Assembly (NCBI GenBank): GCA_963665295.1
Contig: OY762209.1
Span: 4,192,001 to 4,256,000 of the forward strand
Origin: Syntrophorhabdaceae bacterium
GTDB lineage: Bacteria; Desulfobacterota; Syntrophorhabdia; Syntrophorhabdales; Syntrophorhabdaceae
Length of the DNA: 64,000 nucleotides
Direction of reading: 5' to 3'
This document shows positions 18,848 to 28,200 of the stretch, one piece after another. Made by a program: the position numbers and the translations under genes. Below the pieces are notes generated by a model, which did not search any database, was not told the origin of the DNA, and saw only the letters and a list, made by a program, of their open reading frames with translations. The number at the start of each line of letters is the position of its first letter. Within the stretch, counting starts at the first letter, position 1.

Positions 18848-20639
18848 CCATAATCCACCACCCCTCTCGCCCTTACCGCTGCTTTGCCCTCCATCCGAGC
18901 CGTCTTTCCCCACCACCCTTTAAATCGGAATCAAATATGAACCCTTCGTTCCGTTTCGTCTATCCAGACATGGCACACGCCTCTCTGACGGGTAAGATTT
19001 GGGCACACCCCTCCTTTCGCCGTCTCGTTCCACAAAGAGTCTCTTCCCCGCTTCTCATCATCTATCCCGAAAGTACAAGCTCCATGATGCGTTGCCGTGC
19101 TGCGAACAATAATTCCAGGGAGGGGTGTTCTCTCGATATGCGGATCACAAGTTCCCTCGCGTGGGTCATGACCCTTCCCGGCAGGTTGATGAGGGAAAAG
19201 CGGATCGCCTTCATTCTCCTGGTGGCCCATGATCCTTTCAGCACCAGACGTTTCAATGCCGAATTGATATTAAAGGCGAGGACCATTATCCACCACCAGG
19301 CGGCATTCTCTCCGAACTTACCCGTTGGGAGTCTTCCCCCGGCAAGGTCCTCTTTCATGATAGAGTGGGCCTCCTCCGATTTCCCTGCCCGTTTATAATG
19401 CCACCGTATCAGTTCATCTCCTTCCATATCCCTGTTTGTGACGATGCCGAATATCCTGTAGCGCTTTTGTGTCATCATCATCGTAGGGAATGAGAGTTGC
19501 CCTTCCATGCCGGGAAGGATATCCTGTTTTAAAAGCTCACGGGTAGCGAAGTAGCGGTATTCCGGATCCTTTTTGCTGTGGCCGACCGCATTGGGTACGT
19601 AGCAGACTTCGGTCCACTCCCTTCCCGTCTCCTTTCCTTCTTTATAGAGAGGTCTCCACTCTTCTGCCTGGGCCACTGCCTTTTTGAACTCAGAGGTCAC
19701 ATCGGCGCCTATGGCAAACTCGATCCTGCCGAAGCGTGTATTTTCGCCATTCTCGCAGTACTTCAGGAGGTCGTGTTGATACCCTGCGGTATCGGAACGG
19801 AGATAGACCTTCTCTACACCGGGAGGAAGCTTTGAGAGGGCTTCCTTGAATACTCTTAACTGTTCATGTCCCGCAGGGACATTGCCGTCCCTGAACTCGG
19901 TATGAAGAATCAACTCCTGTTCCGCCCACCAGGTATTGAACGGTTGATAGGCCTTATGGTGTTTATAACTGAAGAGGGCGCTTCTCTTCAACGTCTCTAT
20001 CAGGGTTGCATCCATATCGAGGGTCGCGACCTTTGGGGAGGCGGACTTCACTATGGAGCAGATGAAATCCCGGTGTACCTTCATGAGGTTCATAAGATGC
20101 TCGTTCGGGGCGGGAATGAAGGCCTTCCCCTTTTCCCTCTTCTTCTCCTCCCGCGCATCATGGAAGGCGGAGAGATACCGGAATATCGGGGAAGGGGAAG
20201 GGAACGTGCGTTGCCGCTCCCGGGCTTTCCGTTCCTTGCGGGTAAGCCCTTTCTGTTCTATTCGCCGCACGACTCTGCACAGCCCCTCATCCTTTTCAAG
20301 GATAGTTACATCGTCTACGCTGTCTCCTCCGGCAAGGTTCAGAAGAATGAGGGTGAGGATTATCTGCGTGTCTGTCCAGCCTTCACTCTTTATATGCATG
20401 TGAGCACCGATCGAACCGGCGAGGCCCAAGGCCGATGCAAGGTCGAGGTAGAGGGGGAGCCCTGCGAGGGAGGTCATGCCTGTTTCTCTTTTCTCTTCTT
20501 CATACTTGTACGGAAGGAGGCCCTGTGGCATAATTGATTCACCTCGTTGGTGATGGAATTTGGTGTGGTGACTACATTCTATCATCCCTATTCGTAGGGG
20601 CCAACGGGGTTTTTGATTATTTTTGGTGGGGGATTAAGG
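18848..20639 (-). mobile_element. Complete IS1380-family insertion sequence (1792 bp)
   Basis: Ends CCATAATCC (18848) and GGATTAAGG (20631-20639) form an imperfect inverted repeat; 4-bp direct repeat GGCA at 18844-18847 and 20640-20643. Confidence 0.85.
19062..20531 (-). CDS. IS1380-family DDE transposase
   Basis: TSLAGLP, LDMDAT, FRDGNVPA, LRSDTAG, RAGKSEEAHSIMK, FGENAAWW. Confidence 0.9.
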   Translation of the reverse strand: MPQGLLPYKYEEEKRETGMTSLAGLPLYLDLASALGLAGSIGAHMHIKSEGWTDTQIILTLILLNLAGGDSVDDVTILEKDEGLCRVVRRIEQKGLTRKERKARERQRTFPSPSPIFRYLSAFHDAREEKKREKGKAFIPAPNEHLMNLMKVHRDFICSIVKSASPKVATLDMDATLIETLKRSALFSYKHHKAYQPFNTWWAEQELILHTEFRDGNVPAGHEQLRVFKEALSKLPPGVEKVYLRSDTAGYQHDLLKYCENGENTRFGRIEFAIGADVTSEFKKAVAQAEEWRPLYKEGKETGREWTEVCYVPNAVGHSKKDPEYRYFATRELLKQDILPGMEGQLSFPTMMMTQKRYRIFGIVTNRDMEGDELIRWHYKRAGKSEEAHSIMKEDLAGGRLPTGKFGENAAWWWIMVLAFNINSALKRLVLKGSWATRRMKAIRFSLINLPGRVMTHARELVIRISREHPSLELLFAARQRIMELVLSG

Positions 20640-20656
20640 GGCAAGCAAGGGCTCGC

Positions 20657-20685
20657 TTGACACGGGGCGGATGGAGTGCCACAAT
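20657..20685 (+). promoter_or_regulatory. Putative sigma70 promoter of the PP2C gene
   Basis: TTGACA-N17-CACAAT with an extended -10 TG. Confidence 0.55.
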
Positions 20686-20835
20686 GGTCAAAAGGCCCCC
20701 CTGCCCTGCATGCAAGTCCCCGGGGACACAACTACCGGGAGACAAAGGCGGGGGTTATTACCGCAGTTATAGTGGTTACATTATCCTTAAGGCACGATTA
20801 CCGCCAGGCGCTTCAGGTCGGAGGGCAGACGGCAC

Positions 20836-21687
20836 ATGAACATCGTTGCGGGCATCAGCGAAGATATCGGAATGCGGAGCGCAATGGAGGACGAGCACGC
20901 CATCTATGAGAGGCCCGACCTGTCCTTTTTCAGCGCCGAGGTGTACGACGGCCACCTGGGAATAGAAGCAGCGCGGCTCGCCTCGGAGATGCTCACCCCG
21001 CATTTTCTCAACGCCTTGTCCACTGAATCGGAAAAACGGGCGTACGACCGGGTCCCCGTGGAAGAGATGCTGCGGGAGGCCTTCGTCGCGATCGACAATT
21101 ACATCGTATACCAACGTATCAGAAGCGGGGCCGCCGCCGCGCTCCTTTATATCATGGGAGACCGGTTCCTGGCCGCCAACGCGGGCGACTCACGGGTTGT
21201 CATGGGCACGGAATCGGGCGTCATGCCCCTCACTCTCGATCATAAGCCCGATATTCCTGAGGAAAGGGCGCGGATAGAAGCGCTCGGCGGAAAGGTCACG
21301 CGGATCGGGGTCCCCCGGGTCATGGGTCTCCTTGCCATGAGCCGTGCCCTTGGGGACGCGGAACTCAAACCCCTGGTCACCTGCGAACCCCGGATAACTG
21401 CAGGTCTTCTCGGGCGGGAAAATGATTATGCGGTGGTGGCCTGCGACGGGGTGTGGGATGTCCTCAGCCCGGAAGCCGTGATGGATATCGTCCGCCATTC
21501 GGGAAATGTCCAAAAAGGGGCCGATGCGGTAAGAGATGCCGCTAGGCAGCAGGGAAGCTCCGACAATGTCACCGTCATCGTTCTCGACCTCACCCGCCAT
21601 ACCCGCCTGTGCAGCCGTGGATGGATGGAGATATCCCTTGTCTTTGACAAGGGACTAACCCTCTTGAACCGGGACGCCGCTCATTAG
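20836..21687 (+). CDS. PP2C/PPM Ser/Thr phosphatase, eukaryote-like
   Basis: RSAMED, YDGH, NAGDSR, DHKPDIPEERARIEALGG, LAMSRALGD, CDGVWD, SSDNVT. Confidence 0.92.
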   Translation: MNIVAGISEDIGMRSAMEDEHAIYERPDLSFFSAEVYDGHLGIEAARLASEMLTPHFLNALSTESEKRAYDRVPVEEMLREAFVAIDNYIVYQRIRSGAAAALLYIMGDRFLAANAGDSRVVMGTESGVMPLTLDHKPDIPEERARIEALGGKVTRIGVPRVMGLLAMSRALGDAELKPLVTCEPRITAGLLGRENDYAVVACDGVWDVLSPEAVMDIVRHSGNVQKGADAVRDAARQQGSSDNVTVIVLDLTRHTRLCSRGWMEISLVFDKGLTLLNRDAAH

Positions 21688-21732
21688 CGGAATCCTTACT
21701 CCAACCCGCCTGACTGTGGTATTACATATACT

Positions 21733-22200
21733 ATGCCCCGCTTCGTAGTCCACGAACACCATTCAAAGAGGCTTCACTATGATTTCAGACTGGAGATGGA
21801 CGGCGTCCTGAAATCGTGGGCCGTACCTAAGGGCCCCTCCCTTTCCCCGGCCGACAAGAGGCTGGCCGTTATGGTGGAAGACCACCCCCTGGAATACGGG
21901 GATTTCGAAGGTGTGATACCCGATGGGTATTATGGCGCTGGTCCGGTGTTAATCTGGGATTGCGGAGATTACACCCTTGTGATGGCGGATTTCTCCAGGG
22001 GACGGGTGGAGTTCTTTCTGGAAGGGAAGAAGCTCCGGGGGACCTTCGTGCTAACGCGGTTCAAGGGTAAAGAAAGGGATTGGCTCCTCATCAAAAAGAA
22101 CGACGAATTTGCGCGGAGAGACTTCCGGATCATCCCCGAATTAACTCCTCACAAGAGTGATACCCTCGAAGAGCGGGTCCCTCCCTGTAATGCGGATTAG
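21733..22200 (+). CDS. Stand-alone LigD 3'-phosphoesterase domain protein
   Basis: FVVHEH, LHYDFRLE, SWAVPKGP, RLAVMVEDHP, YGAG, IWD, WLLIK. Confidence 0.92.
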   Translation: MPRFVVHEHHSKRLHYDFRLEMDGVLKSWAVPKGPSLSPADKRLAVMVEDHPLEYGDFEGVIPDGYYGAGPVLIWDCGDYTLVMADFSRGRVEFFLEGKKLRGTFVLTRFKGKERDWLLIKKNDEFARRDFRIIPELTPHKSDTLEERVPPCNAD

Positions 22201-22201
22201 A

Positions 22202-23092
22202 ATGAATACCACCACGACCATCTTTCAAACACGCCTCCGGGCCTTCGTTCCGGGCCTTGCCGTCTCTGTCCTTCTTGCCTTCCTTCATATGCCTGTATAC
22301 GGGTCGACACTATGGGGCGCCGCGGGAAGCCGCGTGGACGGCGGTGGAATCCTCGTCGGAAAGAACTACGATGCCGTTTCAGGATCCTGCGAGCTTCGCA
22401 TGGTAATCCCCAGACAGGGTTTTTCCTACTTCGGTCTCTTTCCCGTTCCCGGCAGGAAAGGACAGGGACCCATGGCGGGCGTCAACGAAAAGGGTCTGGC
22501 CATTGTGACAGCCTCTCCCGACAGTCTGGCTCCACCGGCCAGGGGCAAACCTCCGGGGGAACTCATCATGGAACAACTCCTCACAGGTTTTGACACGGTG
22601 GATGGGCTCCTTTCGGCCGAAAAAATCCTTGAAGACGGCCCCTCCCTGTTCTATGTCGTTGCCGACAGGTCAAAGATCGCATTGGTCGAGACCGCCCCTC
22701 GGGGCGCAAGGGCCGTCAGAACCATCGATAAGGGTGTATTATTTCACACCAATCATTATATTGATGAGGCCCTCCTTCCATCGAACAAAAGGCCGCACAA
22801 AAACAGTCAGATGAGGTTTGACCATATAGGCCTCGTTCTCAATGGTCTGCCCGGGCCCCTCACCATGGATGACTTTATCCGAATCAGCGAGGATAAAGGC
22901 GCACAACCCGGAGAGAGCATCATAAGACCGCCCGGTCCACCCGGTGCCACCCGAACCCTCGCAACATGGATACTGTTTCTCCCCAAGTCGGGGCCTCCCG
23001 AACTGCATGCCCTGTTTCTCGGGCCGGAGGAAGTCATGAAGGAGTATGACTCCAGGCTCGATCAGTCCTTCTGGACAGAAGGACTGGAATAG
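22202..23092 (+). CDS. Exported peptidase C45/Ntn-hydrolase family protein with Ser at the nucleophile position
   Basis: Signal peptide then STLWGAAG...GKNYD, AGVNEKGL, HTNHY, RTLATW. Confidence 0.75.
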   Translation: MNTTTTIFQTRLRAFVPGLAVSVLLAFLHMPVYGSTLWGAAGSRVDGGGILVGKNYDAVSGSCELRMVIPRQGFSYFGLFPVPGRKGQGPMAGVNEKGLAIVTASPDSLAPPARGKPPGELIMEQLLTGFDTVDGLLSAEKILEDGPSLFYVVADRSKIALVETAPRGARAVRTIDKGVLFHTNHYIDEALLPSNKRPHKNSQMRFDHIGLVLNGLPGPLTMDDFIRISEDKGAQPGESIIRPPGPPGATRTLATWILFLPKSGPPELHALFLGPEEVMKEYDSRLDQSFWTEGLE

Positions 23093-23251
23093 GAGCATCC
23101 CTCCCCCGCTATCATCAAAACCCGCCCTGCCGGGGCAAAATCCCGCGGACATGGCGCAGTTAAATGATACATCACCGGTTTGTTTCGTGCTATAATACCA
23201 CGCAGGTTGTGAAGCGCACACGGACAGCCACTCATAACATGGAAGAATAAC

Positions 23252-24331
23252 ATGGACGAGATAGTCAACTCTATTCACGATCCCGGCAAACTTGAGGAAG
23301 CGGAGGACAGGTATCTCCGACTGACAAGGGAGCAGCGGAAGGGACTCATTCTGGCCCTCAAGGCAGAAAGGAATGAATCCGCGGGCAGATTTCTCGTTGC
23401 CATACTCCCCGGCGAGGGAGATAAGGAGATTCACAAACTCATCAGAAAACTGATCTTCAGGCTGAAAACCATGGGCGTAATGGTCGAGGAACCCCCGGCA
23501 GCAGGAGAGCCCGTTTTGAAGAAAGTGGAAGAAGCGAGGGAACACCGGGGCTTCATGTCGAATTACGACGCCGACGGCTCGCGCATCGTGATCGCTGCCT
23601 TTGAGGTAAAGAAGCACAACTTTATCTTCGTGAAGGCCATGACACACCTGTCCGACGGTCTCACGGACCTGGAACTGGCCCCCATGACCCGGCAGGACTT
23701 CAACACCATCATCGCAGATTATGTGAGTAAGACAACCGCCAGGATCGCCTTTGTCGAGATCTCACCCCGGTATGCAGCCTATCTGATCGAGGAAGGGGAC
23801 AGCCGTTACCACCACTTCAGGGAAGATGTAAAACACCTGACGCAATTTGCGTCCTCTCTGAAGAGTGAGGTCGAGAAACCGGAGGATATATACAATCTCG
23901 CGATTCCCGATGGGGTCGAGCCTCTGCCCGAGGCCGAAATCCTCACAAGTTCCGTATTCGCCCTCTTCAACCTTGAATGGGATACAGCGGACAAAGATAA
24001 GGAAGCTTTTGCCGCTCTGGGCGCATCGACAATCCTTGTGCCGCCGCACATACTTGAGGACAAGAAAAAGACATTTGTAAAAACCCTTCTCGAAACAAGA
24101 CCGTTGAAATCCATGCTCCTCTTTATGAAGAGAACACTCGAGGATTACGCGTATATCTTCTTCCGTACCGAACAGTTCGACTCCTTCAAGGGGTTGATCG
24201 AACTATTGAGGAGTGACGAAGGTCCATACCGCGCCCTCTTCTTCTTTGTGTGGAGAACCCTTGAAGCAGGCGAAAAGGCGCCTGAACAGCCCGGCGTGAT
24301 CGTGAATCCCTATGAGCAAATTCGTCGTTAA
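23252..24331 (+). CDS. Conserved hypothetical protein (helical N-terminus)
   Basis: 359-aa ORF with protein-like composition; overlaps the rlmE start. Confidence 0.75.
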   Translation: MDEIVNSIHDPGKLEEAEDRYLRLTREQRKGLILALKAERNESAGRFLVAILPGEGDKEIHKLIRKLIFRLKTMGVMVEEPPAAGEPVLKKVEEAREHRGFMSNYDADGSRIVIAAFEVKKHNFIFVKAMTHLSDGLTDLELAPMTRQDFNTIIADYVSKTTARIAFVEISPRYAAYLIEEGDSRYHHFREDVKHLTQFASSLKSEVEKPEDIYNLAIPDGVEPLPEAEILTSSVFALFNLEWDTADKDKEAFAALGASTILVPPHILEDKKKTFVKTLLETRPLKSMLLFMKRTLEDYAYIFFRTEQFDSFKGLIELLRSDEGPYRALFFFVWRTLEAGEKAPEQPGVIVNPYEQIRR

Positions 24332-24905
24332 GGACACATTTTACAATAAGGCCAAGCAGGACGGGTATCGGGCGAGAAGTGTTTACAAGCTGAAGGAGGC
24401 CCAGGAAAAATTCGGCCTCATCAGGAAAGGTGACCGGGTACTCGATCTCGGGTGTGCCCCGGGAAGCTTCCTCCAGATGATAGCCACCCTGGTAGGCGAC
24501 CATGGCAGGGTCACAGGCATCGACATCCTTCCGGTTCCGCCTTTGCCTGCGAAAAATATTACTGTATTGACCCTCGATATCCGGGAGACGGACGTGAGGA
24601 CACTCCTGGGAGAACAATCCATCGACCGTGTCGATGTCGTTACCTGCGACATTGCCCCCAACCTTTCAGGCATAAGGGAAGCTGACGAGAAAAACGTGAA
24701 CGAGCTCTTCGATGCAGTCCTGAACGTGGTGCGGGACGGCCTGAAAACGGGCGGTAATTTCCTCATTAAATCATTCTTTTCCGAATCCTTCAAACAGACC
24801 GACAAGGCTTTGAAGGGACTGTTCAAGAAGGTTTCAGTCTTCAAACCCGCCGCATCGAGAAGCGTCAGCTCGGAAATCTACTTCATCTGCCTCGGAAAGA
24901 AATAG
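24312..24905 (+). CDS. rlmE: 23S rRNA Um2552 2'-O-methyltransferase
   Basis: GYRARSVYKL, DLGCAPGS, CDIAPNLSG, K..F, KPAASR.SSE. Confidence 0.95.
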   Translation: MSKFVVKDTFYNKAKQDGYRARSVYKLKEAQEKFGLIRKGDRVLDLGCAPGSFLQMIATLVGDHGRVTGIDILPVPPLPAKNITVLTLDIRETDVRTLLGEQSIDRVDVVTCDIAPNLSGIREADEKNVNELFDAVLNVVRDGLKTGGNFLIKSFFSESFKQTDKALKGLFKKVSVFKPAASRSVSSEIYFICLGKK

Positions 24906-24913
24906 GGACCGCG

Positions 24914-27346
24914 TCACACCGGTACAGGCGAAACGCCCCAGATGTTGTCCGCGTACTCAGTCACCGCCCTGTCGCTGGAGAACTTGCCTGAACGCGCCAC
25001 GTTAAGGATGGCCTTGCGGGTCCAGAGGGCTTCGTCCCTGTAAACCGAGCTCACCTCTTCCTGACACTTTATATATGAAGCGTAATCGGCAAGCACGAAG
25101 TAGGCATCGTACTGGAGGAGAGGGTCGACCACGGGACGGAACAGCTCGGGTGCGCCCGGGGAAAAATAACCGTCACGGATTTGATCGATGGCCCTCTTCA
25201 GTTCAGGGTTGTCTTCATAAAATTTGCATGGATTATAACCGGCCCGCATCTCAAGAAGCTCCCCTGCGTTATGTCCGAAGAGAAAGAAGTTCTCGTCCCC
25301 CACCTCTTCCCGGATCTCCACGTTTGCCCCATCCAGGGTGCCTATGGTCAGCGCTCCGTTCAGGGTAAACTTCATGTTGCCCGTCCCCGATGCCTCGTAA
25401 CCCGCCGTGGAGATTTGCTCGGAGAGTTCCGCCGCGGGCATTATGCGTTGCGCCAGGGTTACGTCATAGTTGGGCACGAAGACCAGGGCAAGCTTTTCCC
25501 CTATCGCAGGGTCCGCATCGATTGCAGCGCCTATATTATGGATAAGCTTGATAATGAGCTTGCACACGTAATATCCGGGGGCGGCCTTGCCTGCGAACAG
25601 GATGGTCCGCGAAGGAAATCCTTTCGGTACCTTCCCCTCTTTTATCCTGTTGTAAAGGGTCACAATGTGGAGGATGTTGAGGAGTTGACGTTTGTATTCA
25701 TGAAACCGCTTTGTCTGGCAGTCGAGGAGGTAATCCGCGGGAAAGGACAGCCAGTACGCCCTGTAGACGTAATCCGAAAGAGCTACCTTATTCATTTCCT
25801 TTATACGGCGGAATCTTGCGCAGAACCCCGCGTCTTCCACCAGTGGCTCCAGACCCTTGAGTTTGCCGAGGTCGGTGAGCCAGCCATCGCCGATCGCTTC
25901 AGTGATGAGACCGGCCAAATGGGGGTTTGCCTGGAGAAGCCACCGCCTGGAGGTGATACCGTTCGTCACATTCCGGAATTTTCCGGGGGTCATCTCGTGA
26001 AAATCCCTGAACACCACCTGTTTCAGGATATCAGTGTGAAGTTCTGAAACCCCGTTCACCGCATGACTGCCTATTACCGCAAGGCGGGCCATATTAATGA
26101 CCTGTCTTCCCTCTCCCGTGACAATCGCCATTCTGCCCCTGCGACCGGGGTCATCGGGAAACTGCTCCGCCACCTGCACCTGGAACCTCCGGTCTATCTC
26201 CTTTATAATCTGAAGGTGGCGCGGAAGGAGCTTGCCGAAGATGCCCTCCGTCCACGTTTCAAGGGCCTCAGGCAGCACCGTGTGGTTCGTATAGGCGAAG
26301 GTCTTCCTCGTCATCTCCCATGCATTATCCCAGAGTACGCCGTTTTCATCCACAAGGAGTCGCATCAACTCCGCTACCGCTATGGAAGGATGGGTGTCAT
26401 TGAGCTGCACCGCCACCTTGTCGGGAAACTCGTTATAGGTGGTGCGGGTCTTCTTGTACCTCCTGACAATGTCCTGGAGCGTGGCACAGACAAAGAAATA
26501 CTGTTGTTTCAATCTCAATTCCTTGCCTGCGTCGTATTGATCGTTAGGATAAAGGACCTTGGAGATATTCTCGCTATTGTCCTTTTCTTCCACGGCCTTC
26601 AGATAATCGCCCCTGTTGAAGTAATCGAGATCAAAATCTCTTGTCGATTTCGCGCCCCAGAGCCTGAGGGTGTTTACCGTCTCGTTCCTGAATCCGGGCA
26701 CGGGACAATCGTAGGCCAAAGCCATGACGTCCTCTCCTCCCACCCACTTCATGGCGTACTTGCCGCCGCCCTTCGGAGTCGTGCTCACCTCTCCGTAGAA
26801 ACGGACGGGGTAGAGAAGCTCGGGCCGTGGGAATTCCCACGGATTCCCGTACCTCAGCCAGTTATCGGGCACCTCCACCTGGAAACCATCCTTGATCCTT
26901 TGGAAAAAAATCCCGTATTCATAGCGTATGCCATAACCATAGGCGGGGTACTGGAGGGTGGCGAGAGAATCGATGTAGCATGCGGCAAGTCTTCCCAGCC
27001 CGCCGTTTCCAAGGCCCGCATCCGGCTCGTATTCGAGGGCGTCCTCAAAGGAGAGTCCGAGAAGTTCGATGGTCTTCGCGTATTCATCGGAAAGGCCGAG
27101 GTTAAGGACGTAATTCCCGAGGAGCCTGCCCAGGAGAAATTCCATGGAAAGGTAATACACCCTCTTCGTGTCCGCCTCGTAATATCGTTGCTGCGTCTTG
27201 ATCCATCGTTTAGCCAGAGGATCTCGCACGGACAGAACGATGGAATGAAACTTGTCCCTCGGCGTGGCGGAATGTACGTCCTTTGCCAGGTCATAGGTGA
27301 GGTGGTGCGTTAAAATCTTATGCAGCGTATCCTTGTCCCCTGCCAT
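24914..27346 (-). CDS. glgP: Glycogen/alpha-glucan phosphorylase
   Basis: GLGNGGLGRLAAC, QLNDTHP, YTNHT, KRFHEYKRQ, EASGTGNMKF (PLP lysine). Confidence 0.96.
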   Translation of the reverse strand: MAGDKDTLHKILTHHLTYDLAKDVHSATPRDKFHSIVLSVRDPLAKRWIKTQQRYYEADTKRVYYLSMEFLLGRLLGNYVLNLGLSDEYAKTIELLGLSFEDALEYEPDAGLGNGGLGRLAACYIDSLATLQYPAYGYGIRYEYGIFFQRIKDGFQVEVPDNWLRYGNPWEFPRPELLYPVRFYGEVSTTPKGGGKYAMKWVGGEDVMALAYDCPVPGFRNETVNTLRLWGAKSTRDFDLDYFNRGDYLKAVEEKDNSENISKVLYPNDQYDAGKELRLKQQYFFVCATLQDIVRRYKKTRTTYNEFPDKVAVQLNDTHPSIAVAELMRLLVDENGVLWDNAWEMTRKTFAYTNHTVLPEALETWTEGIFGKLLPRHLQIIKEIDRRFQVQVAEQFPDDPGRRGRMAIVTGEGRQVINMARLAVIGSHAVNGVSELHTDILKQVVFRDFHEMTPGKFRNVTNGITSRRWLLQANPHLAGLITEAIGDGWLTDLGKLKGLEPLVEDAGFCARFRRIKEMNKVALSDYVYRAYWLSFPADYLLDCQTKRFHEYKRQLLNILHIVTLYNRIKEGKVPKGFPSRTILFAGKAAPGYYVCKLIIKLIHNIGAAIDADPAIGEKLALVFVPNYDVTLAQRIMPAAELSEQISTAGYEASGTGNMKFTLNGALTIGTLDGANVEIREEVGDENFFLFGHNAGELLEMRAGYNPCKFYEDNPELKRAIDQIRDGYFSPGAPELFRPVVDPLLQYDAYFVLADYASYIKCQEEVSSVYRDEALWTRKAILNVARSGKFSSDRAVTEYADNIWGVSPVPV

Positions 27347-27493
27347 GGGTAGAACCCCCTTGTTGCAATGTTGTGTCCGCTATGATATCACGACACGAAC
27401 ACAACATGCAAAGGGTGGGCATTTCCGGCGGACCGGAGCACAGGCCGCCGGTATGTTTTTATTGTCTTACGGATCGACCCCGGAAGGACCTCC

Positions 27494-28081
27494 CTATCCA
27501 AGGGAATGGAGCTTATCGCTGTGGTTTGCCTCTTTACGCACCACTTCCACGGTGCTGGCCTGGGGGCCCTTCTCGCCCATCTCCTCTTTGAACCTCACCT
27601 CCATGCCGACCTTAAGTTTGGGAAAAGCGTCATACAAGACACTGTTTCTGTTAAAATAGACTTCGAGGCCCTCAAAAGTCTCTATAAACCCATAACCCTG
27701 GTCCGGGAAAAGTTTGCTTACCCGTGCGTGAGGGGCCGTCACGCTGGTCTTCACTTCACCGTGTCTTTTGCGGTCATAATCTTTAAGTTGCCGTTCCATC
27801 GCTTCAAAGGCATCGCGCACCATAACGTATACATCTTCATGGGAATCGCGGTCGCCCGGTTCACGGTCTACCACCAATTCCTTGCCGGGAACGCTTACAT
27901 CTACGCGGAGGTGGTAAAGCTTCCCTGTCCGGTGACGCCGATGGGGAGCTTCGACGACAACCCGGCAACTCATGATACTTTCATGGAACTGATCCAGTTT
28001 TGTTGCAGCTTCCCTGATCTTCTCCTCAAGGGCCTCGGACTTGTCCACATCATGGAAGGTAATCTGTAACGGTAGTATCAT
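27494..28081 (-). CDS. HPF/RaiA ribosome-associated domain fused to a cold-shock domain
   Basis: N-terminal HPF fold (LQITFH...SCRVVVE...DAFEAMERQL); C-terminal CSD (GYGFIET, VYFNRNSV, KGPQAS). Confidence 0.9.
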   Translation of the reverse strand: MILPLQITFHDVDKSEALEEKIREAATKLDQFHESIMSCRVVVEAPHRRHRTGKLYHLRVDVSVPGKELVVDREPGDRDSHEDVYVMVRDAFEAMERQLKDYDRKRHGEVKTSVTAPHARVSKLFPDQGYGFIETFEGLEVYFNRNSVLYDAFPKLKVGMEVRFKEEMGEKGPQASTVEVVRKEANHSDKLHSLG

Positions 28082-28200
28082 ATGCCTTTCCTCCTCTTGC
28101 GTTATTACGTGTACTCCATACTAACAAATATAATACAAGACCGGGGAACTGTAAACGTATAAACGCTTATGGGGGAGGCGAACAGCAGTCCGTGACGCGG

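Noticed and set aside
25181..27313. Plus-strand ORFs of 288 and 416 aa
   Set aside because: Antisense to glgP.
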